Below, piece by piece: positions 61,011 through 64,000 of a stretch of 64,000 nucleotides of DNA. The notes beneath the pieces were generated by a model. It did no database searches and was not told the origin of the DNA. It saw only the letters and a program-made list of their open reading frames with translations. The DNA is from Gammaproteobacteria bacterium (GTDB taxonomy: Bacteria > Pseudomonadota > Gammaproteobacteria > QZLD01): positions 105,683-169,682 of the forward strand of contig JAWSVC010000010.1 of NCBI GenBank assembly GCA_033852075.1, written 5' to 3'. A program made the position numbers and the translations under genes. Positions within the stretch are counted from its first letter, which is position 1; each line of letters opens with the position of its first letter.

Positions 61011-62417
61011 TTAGTTTTCTTGGGTAACCTCTTCGGAAGCGATAATAACTTGATTGCGTCCATTTTCTTTAGCTTCATAGAGGGCGTTATCGGCGCGTTC
61101 AATAAAGTGAGTTGTTGATTCGTCGTCTTGATATAGCGCAGCACCAAATGAAGCTGTTATGTTTATGTCTTTGTCTTCAAGATGTATGGGTTCCATTTCA
61201 ATGGCTCTTCGTAAACGTTCTGCAAGTCCTGCGGCTCCTTCCAAATTACAGTTTGGAAGAATAATTACGAATTCTTCGCCTCCATATCGGCATGGGGTAT
61301 CCATTTTACGAACAATATTTCTAATTCTTTGAGATACTTCAGTAAGAGCGATATTTCCGGATAAGTGGCCATACTGGTCATTAAAGTTTTTGAAGTGATC
61401 GATATCGACAATTATTAAAGATAGAGGCTGTTTGTAATTTGCACGATTATATTCCCGGACTCGTTTGTCGAGTGCTTCCTGAAAGTAGCCAAAGTTTTTC
61501 AAATTTGTGAGTTTGTCTGTGATGGCTTGTATTCTTAATTCTTCATTTAGAGCCTCGATTTCATTATTTTTATCTTGAATTTGATCGCGTTGTTTACAGG
61601 TTGTTTCTAATAGGGATCTCAATTGACCAATAAATTGATTAAAGTTATCCGCAAGATCACCAATTTCATCGTTAGTGGTGCATTTTACCAGTCCGCCGGT
61701 AAGCCCATCTGATAAGTTCATATCCTTGATGGAGGTATTGATTTCGCGGATAGCCTTAAGGACGGTTTTCATTACAATTGCCCCTATGATCAGGATAATT
61801 ATAAGGGTGGCAATCCCTGTGGTAATTGCTGTGGAGATACCTTGCTCTGCTTCTTTTTTGGTGGCGTTGACAGCCTGAGAATGATTACGGATAGAATTTT
61901 CACGGAAAGACCATGTTTTTTGGCGGCACTGTTGAAGCAGTGACCGCATCTTTTGGCGTTCTGGAACTATTTCTTTTAAAAATGAAGGATCTCTGGCTTG
62001 GGTTGAGTTGTCTATAACCTTGATTGAGAGCGGTAATGCAGCTTCATACCATTGGGTGCATGTTTCTTTTATCGAGGTAGATTGCTGACTTATTGCTGAG
62101 TTGCCTATGCTTAATTTATTGAGATCAGAAATAAATGCTTGCCATATGGTTTCTGTGGTATTGGCTAGGTCAATATCGCCGATAGATACTGCTGAATCAA
62201 GGGTGTCAGAGATGCGTTCTAAACGCATATTGTTGGAATTTGCTACCTCGATTGCAGGGGTGTAAATAGATTCAATAGTAGTAAGTCGTGTGTCATTATT
62301 GCTGGCAATTGTATAGGAAGTGATTGTGTATATCATAAATCCAATTGCCGCTACTAAAGGAATTAATCCAAACTTGATTTGGATAGGCCAATCCCTGAAA
62401 TTCCGGAATCTTGTCAT
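61011..62417 (-). CDS. Diguanylate cyclase (GGDEF) with a periplasmic sensor domain, two TM helices and a HAMP-like linker
   Basis: RYGGEEF active-site motif and an RxxD I-site region; N-terminal TM - about 160-aa periplasmic region - TM. Confidence 0.85.
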   Translation of the reverse strand: MTRFRNFRDWPIQIKFGLIPLVAAIGFMIYTITSYTIASNNDTRLTTIESIYTPAIEVANSNNMRLERISDTLDSAVSIGDIDLANTTETIWQAFISDLNKLSIGNSAISQQSTSIKETCTQWYEAALPLSIKVIDNSTQARDPSFLKEIVPERQKMRSLLQQCRQKTWSFRENSIRNHSQAVNATKKEAEQGISTAITTGIATLIIILIIGAIVMKTVLKAIREINTSIKDMNLSDGLTGGLVKCTTNDEIGDLADNFNQFIGQLRSLLETTCKQRDQIQDKNNEIEALNEELRIQAITDKLTNLKNFGYFQEALDKRVREYNRANYKQPLSLIIVDIDHFKNFNDQYGHLSGNIALTEVSQRIRNIVRKMDTPCRYGGEEFVIILPNCNLEGAAGLAERLRRAIEMEPIHLEDKDINITASFGAALYQDDESTTHFIERADNALYEAKENGRNQVIIASEEVTQEN

Positions 62418-63655
62418 TAGAACACCATATTTATAGCAAATGTAAACATATCAACATGGCCTCTGCCATTAGGACTAAATATAAAGTTATTGGTGTTATG
62501 TTTGGCATTGAAACGTCGCAGCTCTGCTTTTATGTCTATACCAGGTTGATAGGCGTAGCGAAAACCAATGGCGCTAACCTCAAGATTTAGATAGCCTACT
62601 CTATATGTGTATTCAACTAGCTCATCTACCGCGCTTTCCAGGCCAAATGTTTCTATGTATCCACCAGCTGGTGCATGGTATGGGTCATGTGATCCTGTGT
62701 TTTTTGAATACCCGTATTCAAAATATGGCATTAGTCTTGGCGTTATGTTCCAACCGGAAACCAGATACCAAACAACCATGTCTGGGCTCAGGCGGCCCCC
62801 TAAATGTTTAGCTAAATGCCCCATTAAATAAAGGTCTTCATCTTCATAGCGAAAACCAATGGCTGGACGACGAAAGAGTGAATCTTCTGAGAAATATGGA
62901 TCGTTTAACATTTCATCACGAATACCTGCAGCATATACCTCAGGGTAGCCATAGCCCAGCAGTGTAGGGTATACGGCGTCATTTATGATAATGTCCCAAG
63001 GATAGGTATCAAATTTATGGGCGCTGTACATAAACCACAGTTCAAGCCAATCTTCTTTTAGTAATGAAAGCTGAAATCCTTTGAATTTTCCATATGACTG
63101 AATGTCGCGATCTTCGAGATAGAATGGATTAAAAATAAGGTCCCAATCTCCTATGGGGCGGCGATAGATGGCATCGACCCCTTTTACTTCTCCCCCAAGT
63201 CCATATAGATCGAATAATGGAAGTGGCCAGGGATAAGCCAGCCCAACATGGCGTACCTGAGAAAGCATAAGAAATGGTGACACCATTTTGCCGGCACGGA
63301 TGGTAAGGTTGTCGGTTGGCTTGTAGGCAAGATAGGCCCATTCCCAGTCAAGCTGCCAATCTTTTCTTCCAAGCACAACTGCTTGGGTGACCAGGCTGAA
63401 ATCATCATATGAGAGAATATGGTGCAATCCCAATGTTGTTGGCCAAACTATATCTAGGTCATCATCCAAAGGTCGTTTAATGTCACCAGATGGGGCACCG
63501 TGAAGTTCTTGATCTGTTCCCCCTACTATTTGTGCTCCCCCTAGAGTTAGAAAGCCGTAGCCTTCAGATCTTATACCATTCCATTCATAATCAAATCTTG
63601 CATAGGAGGTGTTGGTAAAACTTACAGCGATTAGGAGAAAAATTATTTGTTTCAT
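62417..63655 (-). CDS. Outer-membrane beta-barrel (porin-like) protein, hypothetical
   Basis: Signal peptide (LLIAVSFTNTSYA), aromatic-rich alternating strands, and a C-terminal Phe (…FAINMVF). Its stop overlaps the GGDEF gene start. Confidence 0.45.
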   Translation of the reverse strand: MKQIIFLLIAVSFTNTSYARFDYEWNGIRSEGYGFLTLGGAQIVGGTDQELHGAPSGDIKRPLDDDLDIVWPTTLGLHHILSYDDFSLVTQAVVLGRKDWQLDWEWAYLAYKPTDNLTIRAGKMVSPFLMLSQVRHVGLAYPWPLPLFDLYGLGGEVKGVDAIYRRPIGDWDLIFNPFYLEDRDIQSYGKFKGFQLSLLKEDWLELWFMYSAHKFDTYPWDIIINDAVYPTLLGYGYPEVYAAGIRDEMLNDPYFSEDSLFRRPAIGFRYEDEDLYLMGHLAKHLGGRLSPDMVVWYLVSGWNITPRLMPYFEYGYSKNTGSHDPYHAPAGGYIETFGLESAVDELVEYTYRVGYLNLEVSAIGFRYAYQPGIDIKAELRRFNAKHNTNNFIFSPNGRGHVDMFTFAINMVF

Positions 63656-63666
63656 GTTCTTCTCCT

Positions 63667-64000
63667 ATTCAATAGCTAATTTTTTAATGTTGCCATCTGC
63701 TGGATTGCAAGGTATGTACCCTATAGCAGATTCCGCCCCAACCGTTTTTTTCATCTCTTCTTCACTTGCAACCGTTTTGGGTGGCGTAGCAGTTCCTGTA
63801 AATACAGCTCTTGCCCAATAACGTTCCATTTGCTCCGGAGTGCGTTTGAGGATCTTGGTGTAATAGCTGCGCCTGGTTTCTGAATCCCGAGCAAAATCAA
63901 TGGGTTGTACTTTTTGGTTGTCGATTTCAGTTACGCGCCCCAGATATAGTCGTTGAAGATCGGTTAGTTGAATGCTATCTAGCTTAATATTTTTGTTGGC
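63667..64000 (-). CDS. C-terminal 111 aa of a protein of unknown family (possibly a periplasmic substrate-binding domain); the 5' end lies beyond the window end
   Basis: Open minus-strand frame to the window edge, ending ...GYIPCNPADGNIKKLAIE*(TAG 63667-63669). It is co-directional with the porin-like and GGDEF genes. Not in the ORF track because the start is outside the window. Confidence 0.35.

Noticed and set aside
1-64000. CRISPR arrays, tRNA/rRNA genes, integrases and other phage genes
   Set aside because: No evenly spaced direct repeats, no tRNA-like cloverleaf segments, and no recombinase-like ORFs were found. The only repeats are the REP-like, composite and MITE-like families reported above.

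Overview
The window is a chromosomal segment of a low-GC (about 40%) gammaproteobacterium, read from sequence alone. It is densely coding and mostly housekeeping. Its accessory content is a type IV minor-pilin/PilY1 operon, a PEP-CTERM/exosortase-type regulatory cluster, and two families of intergenic repeats. No CRISPR array, tRNA, rRNA or phage genes were seen.

Gene content from start to end:
- Polyamine genes: a partial speA on the minus strand and speE on the plus strand, divergently arranged.
- A short-loop methyl-accepting chemotaxis protein, then rpsT.
- A family-2 glycosyltransferase-like gene and a CcdA/thioredoxin-like redox pair.
- The ftsY-ftsE-ftsX-rpoH cluster, two M16 zinc peptidases, and rsmD-coaD.
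- trmL, a phasin-like gene and rpiA.
- The zapA - 6S RNA - 5-formyl-THF cyclo-ligase unit. The 6S RNA gene is not in the ORF track.
- ygfB-pepP and a ubiC-like gene.
- The complete minor-pilin/PilY1 operon, fimU-pilV-pilW-pilX-pilY1-(pilY2-like)-pilE, lying immediately upstream of the conserved murJ-ribF-ileS-lspA-ispH block.
- The PEP-CTERM regulatory cluster: EpsB-type sugar transferase, PrsK sensor kinase, sigma-54-dependent PrsR, and the TPR protein PrsT.
- An RND efflux pump pair (permease plus periplasmic adaptor).
- An HD-hydrolase plus small radical-SAM gene pair of unknown function.
- pyrC, argG, and mutL-miaA-hfq-hflX.
- A terminal porin-like outer-membrane protein plus GGDEF diguanylate cyclase operon.

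The main hunt findings are an unannotated 6S RNA, a REP-like hairpin family (CGTCAT-stem-GAAGG-stem-ATCCAG) with a roughly 130-160 bp composite palindromic derivative in three copies, a roughly 105-bp MITE-like element in two copies, a 55-aa arginine-rich tandem-repeat micro-ORF, the HD plus radical-SAM pair, a thioredoxin-like protein whose active-site motif retains only one cysteine (GAPC) and is paired with CcdA, and PEP-CTERM regulators present without the exosortase or its targets.
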